From the NCBI GenBank assembly GCA_964587735.1, contig CAZPMB010000001.1, positions 15,464 through 79,463 on the forward strand: a stretch of DNA of 64,000 nt, given 5' to 3'. A model generated the notes under the pieces. The model was not told the DNA's origin, did no database searches, and was given only the letters and a program-made list of their open reading frames with translations. Position numbers and translations under genes: made by a program. Shown one piece after another: positions 9,317-17,999 of this stretch. The first letter of the stretch is position 1. Each line of letters begins with the position of its first letter. Source of the stretch: an uncultured Candidatus Bathyarchaeia archaeon (GTDB lineage Archaea > Thermoproteota > Bathyarchaeia > TCS64).

Positions 9317-9952
9317 ATGATCATAACTAAGCAGAAGCCGGACGAAGAGATCAAGGAGATGATCGAGCCCTACAAGAAGCTGTTCATAGTCGGCTGTGGA
9401 ACGTGCTCGACTACCTGTCAGACAGGAGGCGAAGAGCAGGTGAAGGACATGGCGAAGAAGCTCGGGGAGAAGGTCATCGGCTCTGCCATGGTCGAGCAGC
9501 CATGCGACATCAGAATCGACAGGAAGGAACTCAAAGATCACAAAGCAGACATTAAGAAAGCCAACGCGATCCTGGTCATGTCGTGCGGCTCAGGTGTACA
9601 GACCGTTGGAGAATACTCTGGTAAGATAGTCCTTCCTGCGCTTGAAACCCTGTTCATCGGAGAGATAGAGAGGATCGGCAAGTTCTACGACAGGTGCCGG
9701 GCATGCGGGGAGTGCATCCTCGATGAGACCGGGGGGGTCTGCCCTATCACACGCTGCGCCAAGGCCATACTCAATGGGCCATGCGGCGGCCAGGTCGACG
9801 GGAAGTGCGAGGTCGGCGGCTACAAGAACGACTGTGCCTGGGTCCTCATCTGGAAGAAGCTGAAGGAGGAGGATAGGCTGGACGTCTTCACGACTTTCAG
9901 GCCACCGAGGGACAACTCGAAGAAGGTGCTGACAACAGAACTCATATTCTGA
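9317..9952 (+). CDS. metV: MetV, Cys-rich small subunit of methylene-THF reductase
   Basis: 211 aa with FIVGCGTCSTTCQTGG, RCRACGECILDETGGVCPITRCAKAILNGPCGG, as in acetogen MetV. Lies 6 nt after metF. Confidence 0.75.
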   Translation: MIITKQKPDEEIKEMIEPYKKLFIVGCGTCSTTCQTGGEEQVKDMAKKLGEKVIGSAMVEQPCDIRIDRKELKDHKADIKKANAILVMSCGSGVQTVGEYSGKIVLPALETLFIGEIERIGKFYDRCRACGECILDETGGVCPITRCAKAILNGPCGGQVDGKCEVGGYKNDCAWVLIWKKLKEEDRLDVFTTFRPPRDNSKKVLTTELIF

Positions 9953-10000
9953 TAATGTCTGATCTCATTCTTTTTACAGTTTTTATTAATGGCTAGAAAA
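9953..10000 (+). terminator. T-rich tract downstream of metV (candidate archaeal intrinsic terminator)
   Basis: ctcattctttttacagtttttatt lies immediately after the metV stop. Confidence 0.25.
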
Positions 10001-10106
10001 ATGAATGAGTATACCTTTTGCCTCTGGAAAAGGATATTAGCTAATCCCCGACTTTATCAGTCGGTGCCTTTGAGACGGTTTTGTCACAGAAATAGGAGAC
10101 AAAAAC

Positions 10107-11834
10107 ATGGTCTACGATGAGATCAGGGCCATCGCATTGAAACACGCAGTTCACAACGCCGCCATACACGATGGCAGGGCGCAGAAAGGTCCAGTGATAG
10201 GTAGGATCTTGGGGGAATCTCCCCATCTGAGGCAGAAGGCAGAAGAGGTTATGACCATTGTCGATGAGGTGGTTCAGCTGGTCAATTCATGGCCCATTGA
10301 GCGTCAAAGAGAAATGCTGCGAGAATTATGGCCAGAACTCCTTGAGGCTAGGAGAAAAGAGGGGAGGAAGGGCCTGCCACCGCTAGAGAACGTAGATAGG
10401 TTCGAGGAGGTACGCACCAGGTTCGCCCCAAACCCAGACGGCCCACTTCACCTGGGGAGCGCCGAGCCAATAATCTTCTGCGACGAGTACGCGCGTATGT
10501 ACAAAGGTAAGTTCATCCTCAGGTTCGAGGACACGTCTCCCGATGTGAAGGCACCGATGCTTGAGATGTACGACTGGATCATGGAGGACCTGAAGTGGCT
10601 CGGCGTCGATGTGCACGAGGTGTACATGCAGTCGGACAGGCTCGATATCTACTACAGACACGCCGAAAAGCTGCTGGAGATGGGTGCGGCCTATGTATGT
10701 ACCTGCAAGTCCTCGGACTTCAAGAAACACTATACAGCTAGCGAAGCCTGCCCCTGCAGGGATAAGCCCCCTGAGGTCCACCTAAATAGGTGGAAAATGA
10801 TGCTCGACGGGACATACGGGAAGGGCGACGCCGTGGTCAGGATCAAGACGGAACTGAATCACCCGAACCCCGCGATAAGGGAGTGGCCGGCCCTGCGGCT
10901 AGCGACTCGTTCCCACCCGAGGAAGGGGAGGAGGTACAGGGTCTGGCCCCTCTACAACTTCAGCTGCGCCGTCGACGACCACGAGATGGCGATATCCCAC
11001 ATCATTAGAGGGAAGGAACACGAGGTCAACACAATCAGACAGAGGTACATATACAAATACATGGGGTGGGAGTTACCGGAGATTATCAACGTGGGCCGGC
11101 TCGGACTCGAGGTGGGCGTCCTCAGCAAGTCGAAGATCCGTGCAGGGCTTGATGCAGGGATTTACAAGAGCTGGGACGACCCTAGGCTGGGGACCCTTAG
11201 AGCTCTCAGGCGGCGTGGCCTCCAGCCGGAGGCAATCAGGGAGCTGATGATCCAGGTAGGACCGAAGCCGATCAACGCAACCTTAAGCTGGGATCACATC
11301 GCATCCGTGAACCGTGGGATCATCGAGCCCATAGCAAACAGGTATTTCTTCGTTAAAGATCCCGTAAAGCTGCGCGTCTCCGGACTTGAACACGAATACA
11401 CAGCAAGGCTGCCACTGCACCCAGACCATCCAGAACGCGGAACCAGAGATTACACCGTTGAACCAGTGAAAGGAGAATCTTCGTTCGAGATATCGAGCGA
11501 CGACGCAAGGGATCTTACTCGTGACAACATCATAAGGCTGATGGGGCTATTCAACATCAAGATCGCAAAAAAAACATCTGAAGTCATACATGCCCAATAC
11601 CACTCCAAGAGCCGCCAAGAGGCCCGAGATGTCAACGCGACTTTCATCCACTGGCTTCAAGAAAAGGAGGGTGTTGAGGCTCGAGTTGTCATGCCTGATG
11701 CGTCGACCGCAGAGGGACGTGCTGAACAAGGTTGCCTGAAGCTCAAGGTGAACGACATGATCCAGTTCGAGCGCTTCGGATTCGTACGTGTAGACAGCAT
11801 TTCTCCGTTCATCGCCTATTTCGCCCACCGATAG
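10107..11834 (+). CDS. gltX: Glutamyl-tRNA synthetase (archaeal type)
   Basis: 575 aa with class-I HIGH-like PDGPLHLGSA and KMSKS-like VLSKSK. AGGAGA Shine-Dalgarno upstream. Confidence 0.85.
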   Translation: MVYDEIRAIALKHAVHNAAIHDGRAQKGPVIGRILGESPHLRQKAEEVMTIVDEVVQLVNSWPIERQREMLRELWPELLEARRKEGRKGLPPLENVDRFEEVRTRFAPNPDGPLHLGSAEPIIFCDEYARMYKGKFILRFEDTSPDVKAPMLEMYDWIMEDLKWLGVDVHEVYMQSDRLDIYYRHAEKLLEMGAAYVCTCKSSDFKKHYTASEACPCRDKPPEVHLNRWKMMLDGTYGKGDAVVRIKTELNHPNPAIREWPALRLATRSHPRKGRRYRVWPLYNFSCAVDDHEMAISHIIRGKEHEVNTIRQRYIYKYMGWELPEIINVGRLGLEVGVLSKSKIRAGLDAGIYKSWDDPRLGTLRALRRRGLQPEAIRELMIQVGPKPINATLSWDHIASVNRGIIEPIANRYFFVKDPVKLRVSGLEHEYTARLPLHPDHPERGTRDYTVEPVKGESSFEISSDDARDLTRDNIIRLMGLFNIKIAKKTSEVIHAQYHSKSRQEARDVNATFIHWLQEKEGVEARVVMPDASTAEGRAEQGCLKLKVNDMIQFERFGFVRVDSISPFIAYFAHR

Positions 11835-11884
11835 GAACGACGAAAAGTGCGTACTATTCCATCCGAACCTTTAAGATACATCAC

Positions 11885-11900
11885 AAGGTTTAAAAATAGA
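11885..11900 (+). promoter_or_regulatory. TATA-box-like element upstream of rpl7ae
   Basis: tttaaaaata lies ~40 bp upstream of the ATG at 11939. Confidence 0.3.
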
Positions 11901-11938
11901 TGTCTGGTTAAAGGGTATGCACACCAGAAGGAAATGAT

Positions 11939-12331
11939 ATGTCTAAAAAAGATGTAGATCCTTCGAAATCCTTCTACGTCAGGTTCGCGGTCCCCAAAGA
12001 GGTCGCGGAGGCGGCTTACGAGGCCCTCAAGATAGCCCATGAGACGGGTAAGGTTAGGAAGGGGACGAACGAGGCGACGAAGTCGATAGAGAGGGGCAAG
12101 GCGAAGCTCGTCGTCGTCGCCGAGAACGTCGAGCCCCCGGAGATCGTCGCCCACATCCCTCTTTTGTGCGATGAGAGGAAGGCGCCGTATGTCTTTGTGC
12201 CCGAGAAGCAGCGATTGGGCCAGGCGGCCGGCCTTCTTGTCGGCTCCGCTGCCGCCGCAATTGAGGAGCCTGGCGATGCGGCGGATTTGGTCAATGAGAT
12301 CGTCTCAAAGCTAAAGGAGATCGTAAGGTAG
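11939..12331 (+). CDS. rpl7ae: Ribosomal protein L7Ae (K-turn binding)
   Basis: 130 aa: [40 protein letters not shown]... Confidence 0.9.
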   Translation: MSKKDVDPSKSFYVRFAVPKEVAEAAYEALKIAHETGKVRKGTNEATKSIERGKAKLVVVAENVEPPEIVAHIPLLCDERKAPYVFVPEKQRLGQAAGLLVGSAAAAIEEPGDAADLVNEIVSKLKEIVR

Positions 12332-12332
12332 G

Positions 12333-12545
12333 ATGTCCAGAGAGTCCGAGGTCCTGACCCCGGCGACCGTTATCCAGATCCTGGAGAGGACTGGGCTCAC
12401 CGGGGAGGTCATGCAGGTCAGGGTCAGGATCGAGGACGGGCCGGACAAGGGACGAATCATCACGAGGAACGTGAAGGGCCCCGTCAGGATCGACGACATC
12501 CTCCTCCTGAGGGAGACTGAGAGGGAAGCAAGGAAGATCAGGTAG
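12333..12545 (+). CDS. rps28e: Ribosomal protein S28e
   Basis: 70 aa: [48 protein letters not shown]. Confidence 0.9.
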   Translation: MSRESEVLTPATVIQILERTGLTGEVMQVRVRIEDGPDKGRIITRNVKGPVRIDDILLLRETEREARKIR

Positions 12546-12553
12546 GGAAATCG

Positions 12554-12736
12554 ATGCCCCAGGTATACAAGTGCAGCTTCTGCGGCTATGACATCCCGCC
12601 GGGTACGGGCATCAACTACATCAGGCGGGACGGTAGGGTCCTCAGGTTCTGCTCGAGCAAATGTAGGAAGAACGCCCTCAAGCTGAAAAGGGACCCGAGA
12701 AAGTTCAAGTGGACAAAGGCCTACGTCAAGCGCTGA
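12554..12736 (+). CDS. rpl24e: Ribosomal protein L24e
   Basis: 60 aa: [40 protein letters not shown]. Confidence 0.9.
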   Translation: MPQVYKCSFCGYDIPPGTGINYIRRDGRVLRFCSSKCRKNALKLKRDPRKFKWTKAYVKR

Positions 12737-12784
12737 GACCCAATCCTTAAATCAGATACGACGATATCTCTTGGAGGCTTCCGA

Positions 12785-13303
12785 TTGTACGAGGAGACCC
12801 TAGTCATCCTTAAGCCCGACGCCCTCGAGCGCCGTCTGGTCGGGAGCATAATCAAGAGGTACGAGGATGTGGGTCTCGAGGTTTTAGATATACGCTTTAT
12901 CTCCAACGTGAGCGAATCCCTCATCAATCAGCATTATCCCACATCGATGGCGCGAGGCCTTGGCGAGAAGGCGCAGAAGGCGATGAAGGGCATCATAGAC
13001 CCGGAGGCCCATGGTAAGTTGGTTCTGGAGAGGCTTCGGAAATATTTTACGAGGGGGCCGGTCATCGCCATTAGGATAGGGGGCGAGGACGCAATACAAG
13101 TTGTCAGGAGGGTAACGGGTTACACGGATCCAGCTACCGCTGAAAAGGGAACGATAAGGGGGGATTACGCCGCAGACTCCATCTTGAAGAGTACCAAGGA
13201 GGGCAGAGCATGCGAAAACCTCATCCACGCATCCGGCGACATCAAGGAGGCCATGAGGGAACTGGACCTCTGGTTCCCTAGAAAACGAAACCCTATTTCC
13301 TGA
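12785..13303 (+). CDS. ndk: Nucleoside diphosphate kinase
   Basis: ETLVILKPDALERRLVG..., catalytic-His region NLIHASGD. Conserved archaeal position after L24e. TTG start as in the track. Confidence 0.85.
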   Translation: MYEETLVILKPDALERRLVGSIIKRYEDVGLEVLDIRFISNVSESLINQHYPTSMARGLGEKAQKAMKGIIDPEAHGKLVLERLRKYFTRGPVIAIRIGGEDAIQVVRRVTGYTDPATAEKGTIRGDYAADSILKSTKEGRACENLIHASGDIKEAMRELDLWFPRKRNPIS

Positions 13304-13685
13304 AACCTAAATGCGCTGAAAGGTCGACGAGCATCGGGGAAGCGAATCATATATCTATGGATTAAAAATATGTCTTTACGAAGCCATCTTGAGGCAAATA
13401 ACCTCGATCCTTTTTGCCTCAAAATGTGTTCAAACAGTCGTTCAGAAGATTACTTTTCGGGCCCAAAGACAACGTTTGAAGTCTAACCCTATGATCGAGG
13501 CGTTATCAAAATTCTCGTCTCTCAGAACACGGCGAACAGGCAAGGCACCACTTTAGACCCTGAAATTATGACTTGGAAATTCATTCTTGTGGTGTGAATC
13601 TCCACTAAGAGAATGTGAATGTGCGTAAAACTCCACAACCTTACTGGCTAACATTTTTTGATTACTTCAATATATTGAACCTGGG

Positions 13686-15776
13686 TTGAATAGGCGTACT
13701 CTGGTTGTGTGCGAGAAGCCCGATGCTGCGAGGCGTATTGCTCAGGCCCTCGACGATGATAATGCCCCTGATGGATACAGCGAGCGCGGCGTTCCATACT
13801 ATATCGCGAGGAGGGGTGAAGAAGACCTCATCATAGTCTCAGCCCTTGGTCACCTTTTCACAGTGGCCCAGAACGGAGGTGGCTGGACTTATCCTGTGTT
13901 CGGTATGAGATGGGTGCCGGCGTACGAGGCGGACAAGAAACTGGCGAGGACTAAAGGTTTCATCGAGGTAATCACCAAACTGGCCTTGGGGGTGGATAGC
14001 TATGTGAATGCCTGCGATTATGACATGGAGGGCAGCCTCATCGGCTATATGGTCCTCTTAAAAACTTGTGGAGAGGGAAGCCTGGATAGGGCCAGGAGGA
14101 TGAGATATTCGACACTGACTGATGTGGACCTGAAGAAGTCATGGGAGGAGATGTCCAACGCTCTCGACTTCCCGTTGATTGAGGCTGGGCGAGCGCGCCA
14201 CGAGGTGGACTGGCTTTTCGGGATAAACCTGTCAAGGGCTTTGACTATCTCGGTGAAGAACGTCACGGGCTTCTACAAGACTCTCAGCATCGGCAGGGTT
14301 CAGGGCCCCACCCTTAGCTTCATCAGCGACAGAGAGGTCGAGATCGGGTCCTTCGTACCGATCCCCTTCTGGACAGTAAATGCCGAGGCGAGGATAGATG
14401 GAAAGAAGTTCATACTAGAGCATGAGAGGCCCCGAATCAACGTTCGAAAAGAGGCGGAGAAGGTCGAATCCGACTGTCGGGGGAAAAAAGGGGTCGTTAA
14501 GTCGATTCAGTCGGCTAGAAAGGAGGATTGGCCATTTCCACCATTCAACCTCGGTGACTTACAGAGGGAGGCATACTACAAGCTCCGACTCTCACCGAGC
14601 ATGACGTTGAGGGCCGCGGAGAGGCTCTATATCGAAGCGCTCATCAGCTATCCCCGCACCTCAAGTCAGAGGCTGCCTCCCTCAATAGACTTTAAGGAGA
14701 TACTAGAGGGCCTCCAAAGACGAAGGGAATACAGTGAACTTGCGACGATCTTGTTGGCGAAAACATTGCTTAAACCAATGCAGGGAGAGAAGGACGACCC
14801 TGCCCACCCGGCGATTCATCCAACAGGAAGACTACCAGACAGCCTTGGAAGGACTGATAGCCGTGTGTTTGATCTGATATGCAGGCGATTCATGGCGTCT
14901 TTTGATAGACCCACGATTAAGGTCAACATCGATGCCATCGTGGATATAGGTGGACAGATCTTTCACCTCAAAGGCAGCAGGATCCTCGAAAAGGGGTGGA
15001 TGATGTTCTACGAGCCTTACATCAAGGAGAAGGAGACTGAGCTCCTATCTCTCAAAGAGGGACAAATGATTCCCATAACGAGTGTCAACTTGTCCGAAAG
15101 ATGCACCAGGCCCCCACCTAGGTTCAACCAAGCGAGCTTGCTCAAGCTGATGGAGGACGAGATGATCGGGACCAAGGCCACCAGGGCAGACATAATCGAC
15201 ACCCTTTTCAGAAGGGGCTATGTCAATGGCGGGGACATCGAGATGACGGACCTCGGCTTCGCCATCGTTGAGACCATGAGTCGATACAGCCCTCAGATCC
15301 TCTCGTTGGAGATGACAAGGAACCTGGAGCGGGAGCTGGACTCGATCCAATCAGGCGAAGTTACTGCGAATACCGTGGTCGAAGGGGCTAAGGATCTCCT
15401 TGGACCCGTCCTGTCCGATTTCAAAGAGAAGGAGAGGCTGATAGGTGCCGAGATCGACGAAGCGCTGAGGAGGGAAGCTCAGAAGGCCAGTTTCCTCGGC
15501 CCTTGCCCCGCGTGCAAGAATGGGGAGATCAGGATTGTGAGGAACAATGAGACAGGGAAGAGGTTCGCCGGCTGTAGCAACTTCTACGCCGACCTCTGCA
15601 CAGTCAGCTATCCTCTACCTCAGAGAGGTAAAATTCAGCCGACAGGGAGACGCTGCATGAGCTGTAATACGCCCATCGTTAGGGTGATAAGAAGGGGCAG
15701 ACGCCCCTGGGATCTATGTCTGAATCCTAGATGTCCCACCAAGGGGAAGAATGGGGATGACGGAAGACAGGTGTAG
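13686..15776 (+). CDS. topA: DNA topoisomerase I (type IA) with C-terminal zinc ribbons
   Basis: 696 aa. Toprim N-terminus LVVCEKPDAARRIAQAL, central type-IA domains, and C-terminal CPACKNGE...CSNFYADLC...CMSCNT...CLNPRCP zinc ribbons. Confidence 0.85.
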   Translation: MNRRTLVVCEKPDAARRIAQALDDDNAPDGYSERGVPYYIARRGEEDLIIVSALGHLFTVAQNGGGWTYPVFGMRWVPAYEADKKLARTKGFIEVITKLALGVDSYVNACDYDMEGSLIGYMVLLKTCGEGSLDRARRMRYSTLTDVDLKKSWEEMSNALDFPLIEAGRARHEVDWLFGINLSRALTISVKNVTGFYKTLSIGRVQGPTLSFISDREVEIGSFVPIPFWTVNAEARIDGKKFILEHERPRINVRKEAEKVESDCRGKKGVVKSIQSARKEDWPFPPFNLGDLQREAYYKLRLSPSMTLRAAERLYIEALISYPRTSSQRLPPSIDFKEILEGLQRRREYSELATILLAKTLLKPMQGEKDDPAHPAIHPTGRLPDSLGRTDSRVFDLICRRFMASFDRPTIKVNIDAIVDIGGQIFHLKGSRILEKGWMMFYEPYIKEKETELLSLKEGQMIPITSVNLSERCTRPPPRFNQASLLKLMEDEMIGTKATRADIIDTLFRRGYVNGGDIEMTDLGFAIVETMSRYSPQILSLEMTRNLERELDSIQSGEVTANTVVEGAKDLLGPVLSDFKEKERLIGAEIDEALRREAQKASFLGPCPACKNGEIRIVRNNETGKRFAGCSNFYADLCTVSYPLPQRGKIQPTGRRCMSCNTPIVRVIRRGRRPWDLCLNPRCPTKGKNGDDGRQV

Positions 15777-15984
15777 ATTATGCTGGTTAAGGCGGGGAAA
15801 AGATTCTGAATATTGTCCTTTTCACCTGAAGGCCCTCAGGAATCTTGAGAATGCATACGGCGCTTGGAAGAAAGCGACAGACATTGGGTGGTACGAGTTT
15901 TTGGGAGAGGTCTCTAGGATGGAGGGAACGGGGCCTTGGGCGAAGGAGGTAGCCGTCTATCTCCTGGGCGAGAAATCCAAATAG
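15751..15984 (+). CDS. Hypothetical small Cys-rich protein overlapping the topA 3' end
   Basis: 77 aa: MGMTEDRCRLCWLRRGKDSEYCPFHLKAL (C..C....C..H), in a different frame from topA. Codon usage is acceptable but there is no homology evidence. Confidence 0.3.
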   Translation: MGMTEDRCRLCWLRRGKDSEYCPFHLKALRNLENAYGAWKKATDIGWYEFLGEVSRMEGTGPWAKEVAVYLLGEKSK

Positions 15985-16078
15985 ACCCCTTGTTCCGTCG
16001 CTCAAAGGATTTTAAGTTATTTTCGGTTATTTTATCCTTTTTTCAAACGATCTCGGTTCAATTGGTTGCATCGCGATT

Positions 16079-16429
16079 CTAGGATTCTTCCTCCTTCCTG
16101 ATCTCCCATCGGCTCTCCCTGCCGTCCCTTATCCACATTCCACCGAGTGACTTGACGGCATCGTTCACCGGCCCCCAGAGATCGCCAAGGAACTTCTTCG
16201 GCCTCACGGTAACGACCTCCTCGCCCTCGTTTATATCGATCAGCGTTAGGTCGATGCCCGCAGCCACAAGCCTCTCGCCTATACCCATGGGGGGCCAAGC
16301 CCCAGCCTCCTGAGGTTGCGGCACAACCGAGCCTTGGGCGATCTTCCCCACAGACAGGACAACGCCTATCTTCGCCCCGCATTCGGGGCATGTTATCCAC
16401 GTGATCTTAGAATCCTCTCTCTCCGACAA
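16079..16429 (-). CDS. Hypothetical zinc-ribbon protein
   Basis: 116 aa with ITCPECGAKIG; coding-like composition. The overlapping alternative-frame ORF 16032-16400 is Arg-rich and looks like a shadow ORF. Confidence 0.45.
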   Translation of the reverse strand: MSEREDSKITWITCPECGAKIGVVLSVGKIAQGSVVPQPQEAGAWPPMGIGERLVAAGIDLTLIDINEGEEVVTVRPKKFLGDLWGPVNDAVKSLGGMWIRDGRESRWEIRKEEES

Positions 16430-16689
16430 CCAGGCTCACCACGCATAAGTGATGAGACCAACGTCTTAAAAATGTGAGCATGAGCATATTCGTCTGGTCT
16501 CAGAGGAGAAAAAGCAGGATTTTGTCCCATATTCATGAGACAAAATAAGCGATAAACAAGCTAAAGTCCATTTTTTATGTCGATTAATTTTTCAAATATT
16601 TTCCCATGGAATTATTTTAAGTTTTAATTGAATTAAATATTATATAATTAGTTCTTAATTTTGTTTTAAATCGACATTTCAATAAAAAC

Positions 16690-16700
16690 CGTTATAATAG
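16690..16700 (+). promoter_or_regulatory. TATA-box-like element (ttataatagg) ~35 bp upstream of the C2H2 ORF
   Basis: AT-rich spacer 16440-16732, with ttataa immediately upstream of the ATG at 16733. Confidence 0.3.
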
Positions 16701-16732
16701 GTTAATATCAGCTATATTTTCCCGGGACACCC

Positions 16733-16906
16733 ATGTCTGTCCAAGTGGAGAAGTTTCAATGCCCGTACTGTGAAAAGCAGTCCGCGAGCCCAGGGGGGCT
16801 GCGTTTCCACATCAAATTGGAGCACCCCGAGAAGTTCGATGAGTTCAACCAAAAGCATTACTCGAAGATGATTGAAAGGTTCAAGCTGTCCATCGCCATT
16901 GTGTAG
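16733..16906 (+). CDS. Small C2H2-type zinc-finger protein (57 aa); not in the supplied ORF track because it is below the length cut-off
   Basis: MSVQVEKFQCPYCEKQSASPGGLRFHIKLEHPEKFDEFNQKHYSKMIERFKLSIAIV. Classic C-x2-C...H-x4-H spacing. A standalone gene with its own AT-rich upstream region. Confidence 0.5.
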   Translation: MSVQVEKFQCPYCEKQSASPGGLRFHIKLEHPEKFDEFNQKHYSKMIERFKLSIAIV

Positions 16907-17219
16907 TGACCTCATAAAGAAGGTTGTATTCCATTTTCAGGGCTCATGTACGCTAGGCGTGTCCAAAATTCTGAAGGTATGTATTCTATAAGGCCTCGGG
17001 AAATTCAAACGAAGTAATTTCGAAATTCGTCGGCGTTCAAGTACGAATTACACAATAATGTTAATTTCCTCCGCCTATTATGAGGGGGTTCGATGCCTCG
17101 AACAACTATAATGGTCAGAAACTATGTCCCAAAAAATCAAGCCTCATAGGACCATGGGAGCGGATGCCAAATGAACGATTAAAAACTCTTGTCAATATAT
17201 TGTTTGTCAGGTGGTTTGT

Positions 17220-17942
17220 ATGAGGCTGATCGATAGGATATACCTCGTTGGAGGGTCGGACTATGGGTATTCGGCGCCAGGCGACTGCAACGTGTACATG
17301 GTGGATTGCGGTGGTGCGCTGGCCCTTATCGACACCGGTGGTGGAAACGGCATCCCATCGGTACTTGGAAATATCAGGAGAATGGGGTTCGACCCCGCGT
17401 CCCTTGATGTGGCCTTTTTGACACACTGCCACTACGACCACATAGGGGGCAACAAAGCCATTAAGGAGTCAACCGGATGTAAAATCGCAGCCCACGAAAT
17501 TGAGAAGGAAGAGATAGAAACCCTAGGCGGACTCACCCACTACGAGATGGCTCGAGAAGAGGGCCTGAGCTTCGAGCCCGCCGAAGTAGATATTGCGCTT
17601 CATGGAAATCAGAGGTTCAAAGTCGAAGAACTAGAATTCGAAATTATCCATACTCCAGGGCATACGCCGGGTGGAATTTCTCTCCTGCTCAAGGATTTAG
17701 GAACGACCAACCTGTTCTCCGGCGATACGGCATCTGCCAGGGGAAGGCTTGGATATATAAATGCGCTGGGCTGCGACCTCAAGAACTGGAAGACCTCCAT
17801 AAAGAAGCTGCTGGCCCTGAGGCCAGAGAGGCTTTTCCCGGGCCATGGCGTCTTCGTCCTCTCTGGGGCCACCGACGATCTTGCTCTTCTCGACCAGAAG
17901 ATGAACGCCCCATGGATAAACATAGTGACATCTGTCGGTTGA
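17220..17942 (+). CDS. Metallo-beta-lactamase-fold hydrolase
   Basis: THCHYDHIGG motif plus a downstream HTPGHTPGG and C-terminal H. ATG at 17220 chosen over the GTG at 17211. Confidence 0.8.
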   Translation: MRLIDRIYLVGGSDYGYSAPGDCNVYMVDCGGALALIDTGGGNGIPSVLGNIRRMGFDPASLDVAFLTHCHYDHIGGNKAIKESTGCKIAAHEIEKEEIETLGGLTHYEMAREEGLSFEPAEVDIALHGNQRFKVEELEFEIIHTPGHTPGGISLLLKDLGTTNLFSGDTASARGRLGYINALGCDLKNWKTSIKKLLALRPERLFPGHGVFVLSGATDDLALLDQKMNAPWINIVTSVG

Positions 17943-17999
17943 CACGCCAGCCATCGAAAATCTCAATGATCAAGCAACATTCCTCCGACTCCAATATAT

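Noticed and set aside
16032-16400. 122-aa alternative minus-strand ORF overlapping the Zn-ribbon hypothetical
   Set aside because: Extremely Arg/Gly-rich (MDNMPRMRGEDRRCPVCGEDRPRLG...RGRGGRYREAEE), typical of an out-of-frame read of GC-rich coding DNA. The 16079-16429 frame has a balanced composition.
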